A stretch of 64,000 nt of DNA, taken from the NCBI GenBank assembly GCA_002104905.1, contig MCFE01000095.1:62001-126000 (forward strand), given 5' to 3'. Of this stretch, positions 41,271 through 53,142 are shown piece by piece. How positions within the stretch are numbered: position 1 is the stretch's first letter; each line of letters starts with the position of its first letter. This stretch comes from Basidiobolus meristosporus CBS 931.73 (lineage: Eukaryota; Fungi; Basidiobolomycota). A program made the position numbers and the translations under genes. The notes beneath the pieces are model-generated. The model searched no databases and had not been told where the DNA came from. It was given only the letters and a program-made list of their open reading frames with translations.

Positions 41271-41999
41271 CCTTTTGACAGGATCATCTCAATAATTTTT
41301 CATAGCAATTGTCTAGGTATTACTGATTGTGAGTTGCAACTTTGTATTGGGGTCATTGTAAAAGACTTTGATACATTCTCAGTATGATATTGGTGGAGGC
41401 CTAGTCTCATACTAAATACAAAGAAACTATTGTGATTGTTGAGTTTTCCATGTTTTATGAATGTCTTATCTTGATTTGCATCAATATAGATCAGACCACT
41501 TATAGACATGTAAGTTGCTCATCAATAAGTCACTCAGTCATTGTTCAAGGATGAATTTGGCAACATAATGACTTGATACATTATAGGCAATAGTGACTTG
41601 GTCATAAAGCTTAAAAAAGCAGATATACTAGCCTGATTGCACCAAATTGACTCAAATTGATCCCACTCAATCACCTAGTAAGCTTGATATAAAAAACTCT
41701 TTCAAAGGGCCTTTTCTTATCACTTCCAGCACTACCTCCAGACTCCCTGCAGTACACCAGACAAGATTGATGCCCAGCAATGTGGATGATCTGCCACAGT
41801 CTACCCAAGCAGTTCTATTGTCAGGATTCTCTGATATTACAGGTGCTGTTGCCTTACAAAGTGTCTTGCTACCATCCATGGTAAATAAAGTCCAAGAAAC
41901 CTTTGTCACAGTTGAGAGCATAAAAGCAACAACTTGCAGAGGGTACCAACTACTTAGAACAAGCCTTGGATACCTGATTTAGATGCTCCAATTGACCTC

Positions 42000-42830
42000 C
42001 ATATTCAAGTGTGATTGGCAACAGGTTCTATATTAAGGATGTATTGACTTCCTTTCCTGTGAGAATAATCAGACCTTGTCAAGGGCAGAGGTACTTTTAT
42101 TCTGACAACTATAAGGCACACAATATTACGTTCCAGATGCTGTATTATATTAAGTAGGGATCATCTGGTAAGGTGTGTCATTTACTGGAAGTTGGAATGA
42201 TAGAGCACTTGCAGTAGTTGATCATTCAGAGATTGTTGGGGGGAGAAACACATGGCAGAACTTTCATATGATGTGATTCTATAGTATGCTAGAAGAAAAC
42301 ACTCCCAGCTTGGCCAACTACTCAGTAATAAGTCTAAACAGTTTAATGCAGCTAGAATGCTTACTTATAGAGATAAAGAGGTAACCCACCCAAGTCCCAT
42401 ATATCCTAATTGGCTACAAGAAGCTACACTGTCAATCTCCATATTAGGACCCATTCAGTGTACTCAAGCAGTTATGACCTGCAAAGGAATCAAGTTGTTT
42501 GCAAGGTTATCAAATTTCTTATGCCTAAGAGGCCAGTCAACCCTATTCTTAGATGCTTCCAGCTTGAAGTACCAACAGAAGTCACTTACAAGAGCCCAAC
42601 AACCACCTTACTCAAGGCCCTTTTGAGATGACCTCAAAGACAGAAAGCTACCTAAGCCCCCAACAGATTACTGATAAGCTACAAAATCAAAACTGTGCCT
42701 AACCCTCTCAACTTTGATAGGGGCAAATGGTATGATCTACTGCTTGAATGTTTAAGTTGGATCAATCTTTAGTCAATTCAATTAGTTTTATGTTTTGTCT
42801 ATCAGTAATTCAGTGTTATCTATCAAATCA
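42000..42830 (+). mobile_element. Highly decayed Ty3/gypsy 3' end with partial LTR-B-like LTR
   Basis: KKL...Y*DPFSVLKQL (GPF-like integrase tail); PPT GATAGGGGCAAA; LTR-like sequence from ~42729. Confidence 0.55.
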
Positions 42831-44359
42831 ATACATGTCTAGCACCTCATCTGCCAGTTGTTGCATAAATCCTTGCTATATTCTAGTGCATTTTCTTGAG
42901 CACTGCCCTTGAAGAAGTGCTGCAACCTCTTGGTGCGCCTATTAATGTTCCAAAACTCCACTGAAGGCATTGTGATAGTCTTTAAAGCTCTTGATATTGT
43001 AGCCTTGTCTGTCAGTGAGATCCCAGCTCTGTCAGCAATGGAGGATGTGGAGGCTATAGTAGACCAATTGCCTTTATCTGCAAAGTCATCTACCTTGCTG
43101 GAGTGTGGCTCAACTGGCTGCGCTTCCAACTCTTGTGAAAACAGCTGTTTTTTTGTTGCTAATTCTTCTTGGCTATGACGGGATTCAGTCTGTTCTGGGC
43201 TAGCAGCATTAATTGGCAAGAACTGCAGTTTTTTTTTCATGCCTCCCTTTCTCAGGCTTGGGTATACGTTTTTCCCTTTACCTTTTCCTTTATCACTGCC
43301 AGGTCTTTCACTGCTACTTTGTCTGAATGCTTCTTGTAAAGAACTACATTTTCTCCTGGATAAATTCTGTTCTGACGCATCTGTTTTGGCCTGCTTGTCC
43401 CTTGCTGGCACTCTTCTAGCAACCTGATATCTCTTTTCCACTTGTTTTGAGCTCTCAGCTGTAGTTGTGGCAGGCTCCAGTAAAAGCAGCTGGTTGTTAT
43501 TGCTGCCAGGTCCTTCACTGCTACTTTGACTGGGTGCTTCTTGAGTGATACTATGCTTTTTCCTTGATAAATGTTGTGCTGGTGCTTCTGTGTCTGCCTG
43601 CTTGTCCCTAATTGGCGCTCTTCCAGCTACCTGTTGTCTCTTTGACACTTGTCTGGAGCTTTTGTCCCTGCTTGTAACAGGCTTGTGAGGAAGCCACTGG
43701 TTTTTAGCCATGGCACCCTTGTTCTTCTGCTTTTGATGGTTTCTGCTATTCTTTAGAAACCTTCTTAGCATACCAATGCTGGCCCAGAATCCATTTGCCT
43801 GTTTGAATCCAGGATAATGCTCATGGAACAAGTCAAGTTCATTCTGCTTGGCCTTGAGTTCCTGATGGTCTCATGGTATGCCGGCCTTAAGGTGATGGTG
43901 TGCTAGACTTCTGACAGCCTCTTGTATATTAGCTCACTCTTCATTACTGCACTCAACAGCTTCATGGATTTTCAATGTCTTTTGATGCTTAGGCTTTGAT
44001 ATAAACACCACATTGTCTCCCTCCCACGCTGTGATAGGTTTTTCTGAGGGCATTATCTTTGGGCACAGTTGTAATGCTTCAAAGACTGTACAGTGTTCCT
44101 CTGCTGTTACATCAGGAATTGGCTCAATTTTTGGCTGTGACATTGAGCTACTTGAGTTCCTTCTTGCAACATAGATACTGTTTTTTCTACCTGGGATATT
44201 AATTGCTCTACAAGTATTATCTGCTCATCCTGTTTCTGGACTATTTCCTGATTTTTCTGGGCCATTGCATCTATCCTATCAGCCACTGCACCTAATTGCT
44301 TCATTAATGCTTTGGTATGAGCTGACAACATACTTACTAATATGGGTGGTGGTGATATG

Positions 44360-45050
44360 TGATAATGGAAAGTATTCCATTACTACAATATCTCAAGACC
44401 AATATTGCACTCATTTCTTTATTTTGCTTTCTGCTATTGTAACACACAAGTGAAAGATCAAGAATTTCCAGCTTTGAAGAGCAAGTGCTCCAGACCCTGA
44501 CAAGCAATCCACCCAAGAATATTATGTCATACAGAACATGTAGTAGCCAACACATGTTTCAAATTACAGCCCATTTGAAGCAGTACTTAAGGAGTTATGA
44601 CCAGAAGAGTCCAATTATTATATATACTATGCCTTATTGCTGGGATTACTATGGTGACTTTGATCGCGTGTAACTTTCAACCAGCCAATCAAATCATGTG
44701 AAATTCTCACAGGTGCTGCACCTATGTCTGATCTGCACCACTGCAAGATTTTAGCTTTGTATCACATGTATTGCTTGTGCAATTGCCCAAAAACTTTGAT
44801 CCTTCAGAATTTTCATATATATAACTTCCTCAGCTGAAAAATAAAGAGAGAGCCTCTCTTTCCAGAATCTCTACACTACAATTACAGTTTAAAGGTTATA
44901 AGACTTCCCCTGCATCACTTGCACTGTTGAGTATTCTGACTTTGATTGGTACCACATCAGTAAAGAGGCTGTAAAGCTCTCAAGAATACAATCTAAGTTC
45001 TACAAGAAACTACCACTTTTCTGTCAGAAAAGTCCCCTCTAAGAAACCCC
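44360..45050 (-). repeat. Unclassified dispersed repeat Y, fragment inside CMC ORF2
   Basis: Aligns with 23965-24445 and 5960-6125. Confidence 0.75.
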
Positions 45051-45188
45051 TTTACTCTAAAGACACCCCTTTAGTCTAAAGACCCCTTTAGAGACCCCTT
45101 TAAGAAGCTCCTTTACTCCAAAGAGGCCCCTTTAGGTCTAAAGACCCCTTTAGAGACTTCTACAACACACCCCTTTAGGTTAAAGGGG
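45034..45188. repeat. Array of CCCCTTTA(G) motifs with palindromic units
   Basis: Seven CCCCTTTA plus variants; ~61-bp higher-order duplication; ends in hairpin CCCCTTTA-GGT-TAAAGGGG. Confidence 0.85.
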
Positions 45189-45901
45189 AGCTCAGAATTT
45201 CCATATTAGGAAGTATATTCTCACAAAGGAAAGTGACTTCCAAATAAGGAAAAGTTACTATATAAGTAAATAAGCCCATTAGTCAACAGTAGGTCAAAAC
45301 ACTGCTGTAGAAGTGATAAACACTGCCTACAGTATAGTTTGAGCATAAGATTGAGGAAATTAGGGAAAGTTATATCTTCTATTGGCATATCAAACTCCCA
45401 ATAAACTATTTCAGTATTAGCATACTGGAAGTTGTTGTATATTATGTATATGGTCAGCTTGTGGCTCTGCAGAGGTTCTCAATTACCTACTTGACTGAGA
45501 GCCTAAGGAGTCCGCATTATTACCTTCAATTGACACACTGTTCACAGGGCCTTGTTTGGATGTAGCCCAGCTTGTTGCACTGAATGTCAAAGCAAGCTGT
45601 TGTCCAACCATCTTTCTGTTGCTGTCAGTAGTGGGGCTTGGCTGAGAACCAGACAACTTTGCTTTATTTTTTGGTGGCATATATATGGAAGTGAGTCAAG
45701 CCAAAGGGGAAATAGTATTACATATATGTGTGTATGTGGTGACACAACTTTATTTATAATGCGTACTGCGGCAGGTCATCATTGAATCTTACATTCATGT
45801 AGGTGCAATGTCTCAAACACAAGACTGTCTTAAGTTCACATGAGTATTGACCAAAAAGTGAAATAATAGTGTTACATTGTTGAAGGTCAAGCTGTTTGCC
45901 C

Positions 45902-48900
45902 CTTGGCCAAGACTACTTTGACTCAACACTGTAAGAGAAGAGAAAAAAGACCATGGGCTATTGTGGCAAGCCTCTCAGCTATGAAGCACACAGACAGCAT
46001 ATGAAGTATTACAAGGGTCATGGCCGGTGTTTTGCCACCCAAGTCATGTTTGTCCATTCATTGGTCACTACTGTACCAACATTATCTTGCTGGTGTGGTG
46101 GTGTATAAGTCCAAGGGAGAGATATGTCCAGCACTCCTCAAGTGTTTTGTGTGTGGGGTGTTCACTGGGAACAATAACCTCTGGCAAAAGCTTGCTAGGA
46201 ATACTTGGGCTCTGTCTCTAATCTGATGTGATGGGGAATAATGCCACAAGCTTGTCAAGGGAAAACTATTGAGCTACAGTCCCCAACTTAGTTGGTATCT
46301 TAACAAAAGTATGTGCTGGGCTCAGCGTCCTTTGAGATGACAATGCACTAAAGCTTCCAAAGTAAAAACAACTATAAAATCCACCAGCAGGGACTTGATA
46401 AGAATGCAGCTGTGGTCAATAGTTACAAAGACAGAAAGTATCTTTGCCTGTACAAGAACAAACTTGGGAAAGAATCAACTATAATGAAAGACACCTACTC
46501 TGAGTATTCCTCACAAGTAGTGCCTCCAAGGTCAGTTGGCTGTCAGCACAGTTTCCTGGGAGTGTCCTGTGGTCTGGGTTTGGAAGCTTAGGTAGCAGCA
46601 GGTAGCAGTGATCACACTAATCACAAGTTGGTATATTGATAAAAGGGATGAAGATTTATTGTTGAGGGATAGCCTCCCTTATATACTATTCTCACTGGCT
46701 AAGTGATTACTAATCATGGTGCTCCAGAAGGTTCTGGATATCAATAGAAATCTTGATGACATCAGAATGACCTAAGAATGTTCTAAGTAGGTGCTGGAAG
46801 GTTCTAAGAGGCACAGCACATCCAACCAATCAGGAATCAGTGCCCTGAAACCTGTGTAACATAGGGTTCCCATATATGGTATGGAAATGAGAGGGATGGT
46901 GACACAGGTTGATCATGTGTCATGGGTACTGATGCAGGTACTTGCCTAATATAGAAGCACTTGCTGCTAGTAATCTTACATGAAGTGAGGGATAACCTAT
47001 GCAATAAGGTAAGCAGGTGTGATAGTCAACCAGCTTCTGGAATAGTACTGATCAGGTAAGACAAATGGAAGAAAACTAAAATAAGTGTAGTAGAGAAATA
47101 GGGAAGTAGAAAATATGGGAATGAGCACATCTGTCAGTGGGTGTCACTGCGACCCCACTACACTGGCCAGTTGATACTTTTATATCAGCACCTGGCTGTC
47201 TTTGTCACCTTGCGCAAACTGAGGCAGGTGAGTTTGTGGCACCTTTAGGCCCACCTCAGCCTTCTGAATATGGCATGCAGAGTGATAGCTCTGACAAAGA
47301 AGGTTCACCAATGGTTTTTGAGCCTATCTCCCCTAACAACAGTACCACATATGAGCCCAGTTTAATCCTTATATGCAATGAGACAACACCTGTTGAAACA
47401 AATGCCAAGAATACTTTATGGAGCCAAGTGAGCCCAGTAGTCCATCTACTGGTGAATGATGTAATAATGTGGCTAGAGAAGTGGTGCATTTATGCTAATA
47501 TCAGTAATTGTGGCTTTGAGGATTTATTATTACTTCCTGCCAAAATCATACTAGGATGCAACTTACCATGTACATGGTACAAGTGGACAACTGTCATGCG
47601 GCTGGCAACATATGATCCAGAGGCTGTTCTGATTCCAGCATGTGTTAACAGTTGCATGGCATTCACATCCAAAAATGCACCCTGGCAACATGTCCAAATT
47701 GTCAGAAATCTGCCACCATTGAGGGAAAACATTGTTCACACTCTGGATATATTCCAGTTGTACCCTGTCTGAGGAAGCTGATGTAGTCCAACAAAGATTG
47801 CAAAGCTATACAGCACTGCACTCAGTATCAATCAAGCACAAACATATCTGTTATATTTGATGGCAAACATTACAAACAACTACAAAGCAAGTGCTGCTTT
47901 GAAGGTATGAATGACCATGTCTATGCTTTAGAACTTGATGGATTCTAATTAAACAAGTACTCTACCAGCAAACTGTGCTGGCCACTGATTCTCATCAATC
48001 TGAATCAGCTGCCCATCTTATGGTATCAGAGCAATAATCCAATGGTAGTCTCACTGGTATCTGGGTCTAAATTGCCGTCCAACCTGGATAGCTACCTGTA
48101 TCTATTGCTGGATGAGGTTAGTATGCTTTCCATCAGGATAACAGTAAATGGCCATCATGTAAAAGCGCATACTATTATCTGCATTGGAGATACCCCAGCC
48201 ATCAGCACATTAGCAGGTTTTTCTGGGCACAATGGATGGTATTGCTGTCAAATGTGTGAGATGCAGGGGATTTACCCCATAACTCATATGCATTATTATT
48301 ACCCCAACACCAGCTCTGAGAACATCATCTTTCCACAGAGAGAATGCACAGAAGTCAGCATGCAATTGCAGCAAAGTTGGCAAGCTCTGAGCCATTGGCC
48401 AGAATACGGAATCAATCAGAAACTGGAGATACTTAAGATACAAGGTATCAGTTCAAGCAAAAGCTTTCCACTGGGATCAATGCATTTGCTTTTCAACAAT
48501 ATCCCTATACTGATGACCAAGTTGTACATGGGGCATTTCAAGCTAAATGAGCCCTTTGAGACACCAGAGAAATTTGAAAGAATATTCAAGATATTACAGA
48601 TTATCTGCTACCCTAAGTACCTCTCACAGGCTCCAATTAATATTTATATGCATATGCAACAATACAAATGCAAAGACTGGATGAGCTGGATATCTATTTA
48701 TTCAAGTGGTGTTCTGAAGCCATTCCTACCAAGAGTGCATTGGAAGCATTGGGAGTCATATGTGGACATTGTAGGAATATTTATCCAGAAGCAGATCACT
48801 GATGCCAACTTGATGCATCTACAGCTGTTGTGTGAAGAGTTTGTGACAGGATTCAAGTGGCTATACTACAAACATAAAGCTGAACGTGTAGATCTCTGCT

Positions 48901-49640
48901 GCTGCTGTATCCACTCTCTATTCCATTTTGCATGGTGTGTGGAGAATATTGGGCCTTGCTTAACCTTTTGGGAGTTTCCTATGGAGCAGATGTGTGGGGA
49001 GATAGGAAGACAAGTCAAGTTGCAGGTACTACCATATCCCAATCTCATCAAGAATATTACCTTCAGGTCCGCCATAGATGTAATGAGTTGGCACATGGAG
49101 GACAGCCAGAAAGAGTTGGAAAATACTGAGGACAAATGAGCACAAGGAGACACCTATGCCTATGGCATTAAGAAGCTATGCAGCCCCAATGGGAGGGTAA
49201 TCAGTTAAGTAATGCAGTGTTGGGTTGGGTGCAACAAGCAACTAATTTTTATCAGGAATACTCTACCAAGATATGCTGGATTTCTCATGGTCACAACCCA
49301 ACTTCTATACCATTCAATACAGAATCCACACTAACAAAAGCCAGAGCGCACCTATAATGGGGACTAGAATCCAGCAGGGAGAAGGAATATATTGGCTAAA
49401 TACCAAGAAGTTCTTTGCAGATACTCAGGAGGTATTCATGGCAGAAGTGGCAACTACCAAGCATATGTTTGCAAGATGTATATGGTACCAGTAGCACAAG
49501 GTATATGGCAACTTTGCAAGTATCACACTAAAAAGCTATAAAGTTGAGGTGATAGAAGTATGTCAATTGCAGCAAGTGCATGTTTGTAGAGGTTAGTAAG
49601 CAGGAGGCTATAAGTTTATTTATTCTAACTATATGTGGAA
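45902..49640 (+). pseudogene. Tnp2-family transposase of CMC copy B, split by LTR-D
   Basis: ORFs 47137-47772 and 48042-49139 (GDTPAI, PLGSMHLLFNNI, WEFPMEQMCG); C-terminal FADTQEVFMAEV...EVIEV; ends approximate. Confidence 0.88.
46094..47162 (-). repeat. Solo LTR family D (1069 bp)
   Basis: Reverse complement of 7648-8719; 4-bp TSD CTGG, confirmed by the empty site CTTGCTGGCCAG in copy A (~38490). Confidence 0.9.
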
Positions 49641-50139
49641 TACCCAAGGTAGTAGTGGGTAAGCAAATAAAGAGGGGTGATTCTACAGTGGAATATATGA
49701 ATTGCACAAGGGGAGGTAGAAAAAGGAAATACCATTTGGTAAATTGGTATGGTAGCATTATACAGAACCAGCAGTAGGCTATCATGCTGCCAATATAATG
49801 CCATCAGAGTCTTGCTGTGAGGCTGTCAAAATACCGTCAAGTTTCTTGCAATATAGAACAATTGGAAGACCTGGCCAACTGGATCCACTTAAAATGGTTA
49901 TAGCACCCTAAAAGACCGCAGCAATACCATGCAAATATTGTAACAACACCAATAAACTATCATCAAGTTTTATCCCTGTATTTGGTTGTAAAGTTAGCAA
50001 AACACTGTCATGATCCCATCATAAGATTGTTAGCAGGGTCACTAATTCCAAGCTGCTGGTATCATGATGGTCTCTAAATAGATCCTGATGGCTGATCTGG
50101 ATTGGATCCACCCACAGGACCAAATTATTCTTCATAGGG

Positions 50140-50406
50140 AGTAGTATTAGTCAGCAGATGAATCAGCCAATCCTTATCAGACAGAAATAGACACATTGAG
50201 TTGGATCTAATTGGGTGATGATGATGCAATCATATGAGAGTTCAGCCACAACCTACACTAAGAAATACAATTAGTCAGCAATTGATTTGGCAAATTGTAT
50301 AAAAGGAGCTGCTGGAACCTCACTAAAAATCAGTTCAAGTTTTTGTGAATACAATACTGGCTAAACTCCCTATTTCTCTACAATTCTTGTATCAAGACTT
50401 GTAACA
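50140..50406 (+). repeat. 5'-truncated LTR-B
   Basis: Matches the 3' two-thirds of LTR-B, ends CTTGTAACA. Confidence 0.85.
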
Positions 50407-50409
50407 TTG

Positions 50410-50805
50410 TTCACCTACCTTATATATCACTAATACAGGTTTTGAGCTTTAGGTCCTGCTTAAACAGGCTCTCCAGGAAGCAGCTGGCTTCTAGCCATTG
50501 CACCCTTGCACTTCTGCCTTTGATAGTGTCAGCTTATCTAAGACCAGGTTGATGCCAATATACTATAGTATAAGTATCCTAATCTGTCACTATGGTCCCT
50601 ATTTCAAGTCTTAACTCATCTTTAGTACAACTAAGACTCTACTCATCCCCTAGCTGACTAGCTTGGTTTAGACTGCAAAAATAGATATTGGATCCATTCA
50701 AGTTCTTACCAACTGATTTTAGTAGGGCCCAAGTGTCTATTATGAGCCTTCATACAGATGTTTGGGTGCTACTCATTAGTGTAGCAGAACTGGATACCTC
50801 AGAGA
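50410..50805. repeat. Unclassified dispersed repeat W (inverted relative to 25200 and 30540)
   Basis: Reverse complement of 50600-50805 aligns with 30660-30820 and 25340-25540. Confidence 0.65.
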
Positions 50806-53142
50806 TGTTGTAAAAATTTGTTATTCCACCTAAATAATCACCCAACTTAGTCACTCAGATCATTACCTTCAAATCCTAGTGAATACTGACCAGATTCCTT
50901 GTTGGGATTTACTTAGAATATTTACATCAAAATACCAGGTACCCAGAACATGAAAATTCTCAAAGCTGTCCAAACAGCCCCATACTTTGCACACATGCTG
51001 TTGGGACCTTCCTTAGCTCATTCTACATGTTTGCTATGCCAAGACCATGTAAAAGTACAAATACTACTTTTATATTCAGTAGTTCATCAGTTGAAAAACA
51101 CATAATCTACTTGTCCTCCCAATCACTTCCAATATCTCCAAGACTCTTACAACAGGTTACAAGCCCCAAGCTGTCACTCTTTGCAATGTCTACTACTGCC
51201 ATTACTGGAATATTTCCCTCTGCTGAAAAGTTGGATGGATCTGAATACCTAGCGTGGAAGGAGAAGATGAAGATGCTGCTACAAGAAAGAGGCCTTGGGG
51301 ATATTGCCATGGGAGAAGGATGTGCTCCTAAAAACATGACAGAGGAAGCTTTAAAGTACCAGAAGAAAGAGCAAAGTGCCTTTAACTGCATTTGCCTTAA
51401 TGTTAAAGACAAATTACTAATTTAATGCCCAATAGCAAAAACGGCAAAGACTGTGTGGAAGGCATTAGAAGACACCTATCAGTCATGATCAGCTGCTAAG
51501 AAAATATATCTAAGACAAAAACTCTTTACTACAAAGATGCTGCCAGGAGAAGAAATGAAAAATCTAATTAACAGATTTACCCTGCTGGTGGATGAGATGG
51601 AATCTGTGGGCATACCAACTACTAATGTGGATGTGATAGTAACCATCCTGAATAGCCTGACAGACAAGCTTCAGGGCCTTGTATCAGCCCTAGAGGCCAG
51701 TACTGAAAATTTGACCTTGAATTATGTATGTGGAAGGCACCTGGATGAAGTATTAAGAAAATCAAGTGCCAATAAGAAGGAAGAAGAAAATGCTTTAATA
51801 AGCAATGATAACCAACAAAGGAGGTACCCAAGACCTTATAAAGGCAATAACAATCTGGTTTGCAACCACTGCAAAAGGAAAAGACACACATCAGACTGGT
51901 GTCTCAAAAAGAGAGATAATCAGCAAAAGAAGCCTGAATATGAAATACTGCAACAACTGAAGATAGACTATTCATATCTGCACTAAATATGACCACAAAC
52001 AAGGATTCTCAGATTTGATACTCTGACTCTAGAGCATCTCAACACTTTACACACCAAAAAGTACTTTTTACCCAATATTAAGATATTCCAATCAAGAAGG
52101 TTCTCATGGGTAATGATAGAACACCTGATGCAGTGGGAGAAGGAATTATCCAAGTAAACCTTAGAAGCAGTGAAGAAAGCCATACATTAACCTACTAAAA
52201 AGCACTCTATGTACCAGAAATAGCCAAGAACCTACTATCTGTAAGCAAGGCCACAGCAGAAGGACTCAGTTTCAGCTTTGACAATTCTGGATGCAGGATC
52301 ACAGATCAAAATAGTGCTCATAATGCTTTGGGTTTCAGAGATCAAAATCTATACAAGCAGACTTATATTCCATTATATCTGGAAGCCAATATAAGTAACT
52401 TAAATGAAGAAGCATCAGTTCTTTGGCACAGGAGATTTGGACACATCAATTTTGATTATTTGCGCAAAATGATCAAAGATCAGCTAATTTCCAGAGTAAA
52501 GATTTATTCCCCAGCTGACTTGGAGCACTGTGAAGCCTGCATATATGGGAAACAAGCCAGACAACAGTTCAAGAGCTCTGGGCAAATCAAAACTAAGAAA
52601 AAATAAGATTTAATTCACTCAGAGCTTTGTGGACCTGTGCAAAACGTATCCGTAGGTGGGATGAAGTATTTAATCACTTTTATTGATGATCATACAAGAT
52701 ACATGTGGGTTTACTTCATGGAGAGAAAGGAAGAAGCTCTGTCTAAGTTCAGGGAGCTAAAGCCATGGTGGAGAGAGAAACTGGTCAAAAAATCAAGAAA
52801 ATATGCTCTGACAATGGTGGAGAATATACCTCAAAACTCTTCATCCACTTCTGCAAAATTCATGGGATAGCGCAAGAGACTACTGCACCATACTCCCCAC
52901 AGTAAGATGAAATAGCAGAGCATGCTAACAGATCAATAATTGATAAGGCAAGATCTATGATCCATGATCAAGAATTATCCTATGATATTTGGGCAGAATC
53001 AGTTGCCACTGCTGTATACATTAAAATTAGGAGTTATAACAGAATACTTTGTGATTCTACTCCATTTGAAGCATGGTATGGATACACACCAAGAGCAGAA
53101 CATCTCAGAATATTTGGGTGTACAGTATATGGCAAGAAACTG
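50806..53142 (+). mobile_element. Copia family A, 5' half (LTR 50806-51154, PBS variant, gag, protease, integrase), 3'-truncated
   Basis: Colinear with 33590-35930 with frameshifts and stops; PBS GGTTACAAGCCC. Confidence 0.92.

Larger units (their letters stand above)
30830..41300 (-). mobile_element. CMC/EnSpm (CACTA-like) DNA transposon, copy A, with nested copia
   Basis: Terminus CCCTATGAACAATAATTTGGTCC at 30830 fits the CMCWR consensus; Tnp2-type transposase on minus; second ORF on plus; right terminus not found. Confidence 0.85.
42839..45680 (-). pseudogene. Accessory ORF2 of CMC copy B, interrupted by a ~1.1 kb insert (44360-45450)
   Basis: Track ORFs 45483-45680, 44107-44331, 43934-44143 and 42839-43831 match copy A ORF2. 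Confidence 0.75.
42835..50139 (+). mobile_element. CMC/EnSpm transposon, copy B (inverted relative to copy A)
   Basis: ORF2 on minus, transposase on plus; terminus GGACCAAATTATTCTTCATAGGG ends at 50139, the inverse of 30830. Confidence 0.85.

Noticed and set aside
45034-45188. CRISPR array or telomeric repeat
   Set aside because: No constant repeat with unique spacers, eukaryotic TE context with no cas genes, and the motif is not a tandem TTAGGG/TTTAGGG
49200-50139. A ~0.9 kb terminal inverted repeat for the CMC element, suggested by copy C
   Set aside because: The first half translates as the transposase C-terminal region, so it is coding sequence and not a TIR
30540-50805. Repeat W on both sides as proof of a single inverted segmental duplication
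   Set aside because: W-CMC junctions differ on the two sides (extra W sequence and an LTR-B on the right), and W also occurs at 25 kb
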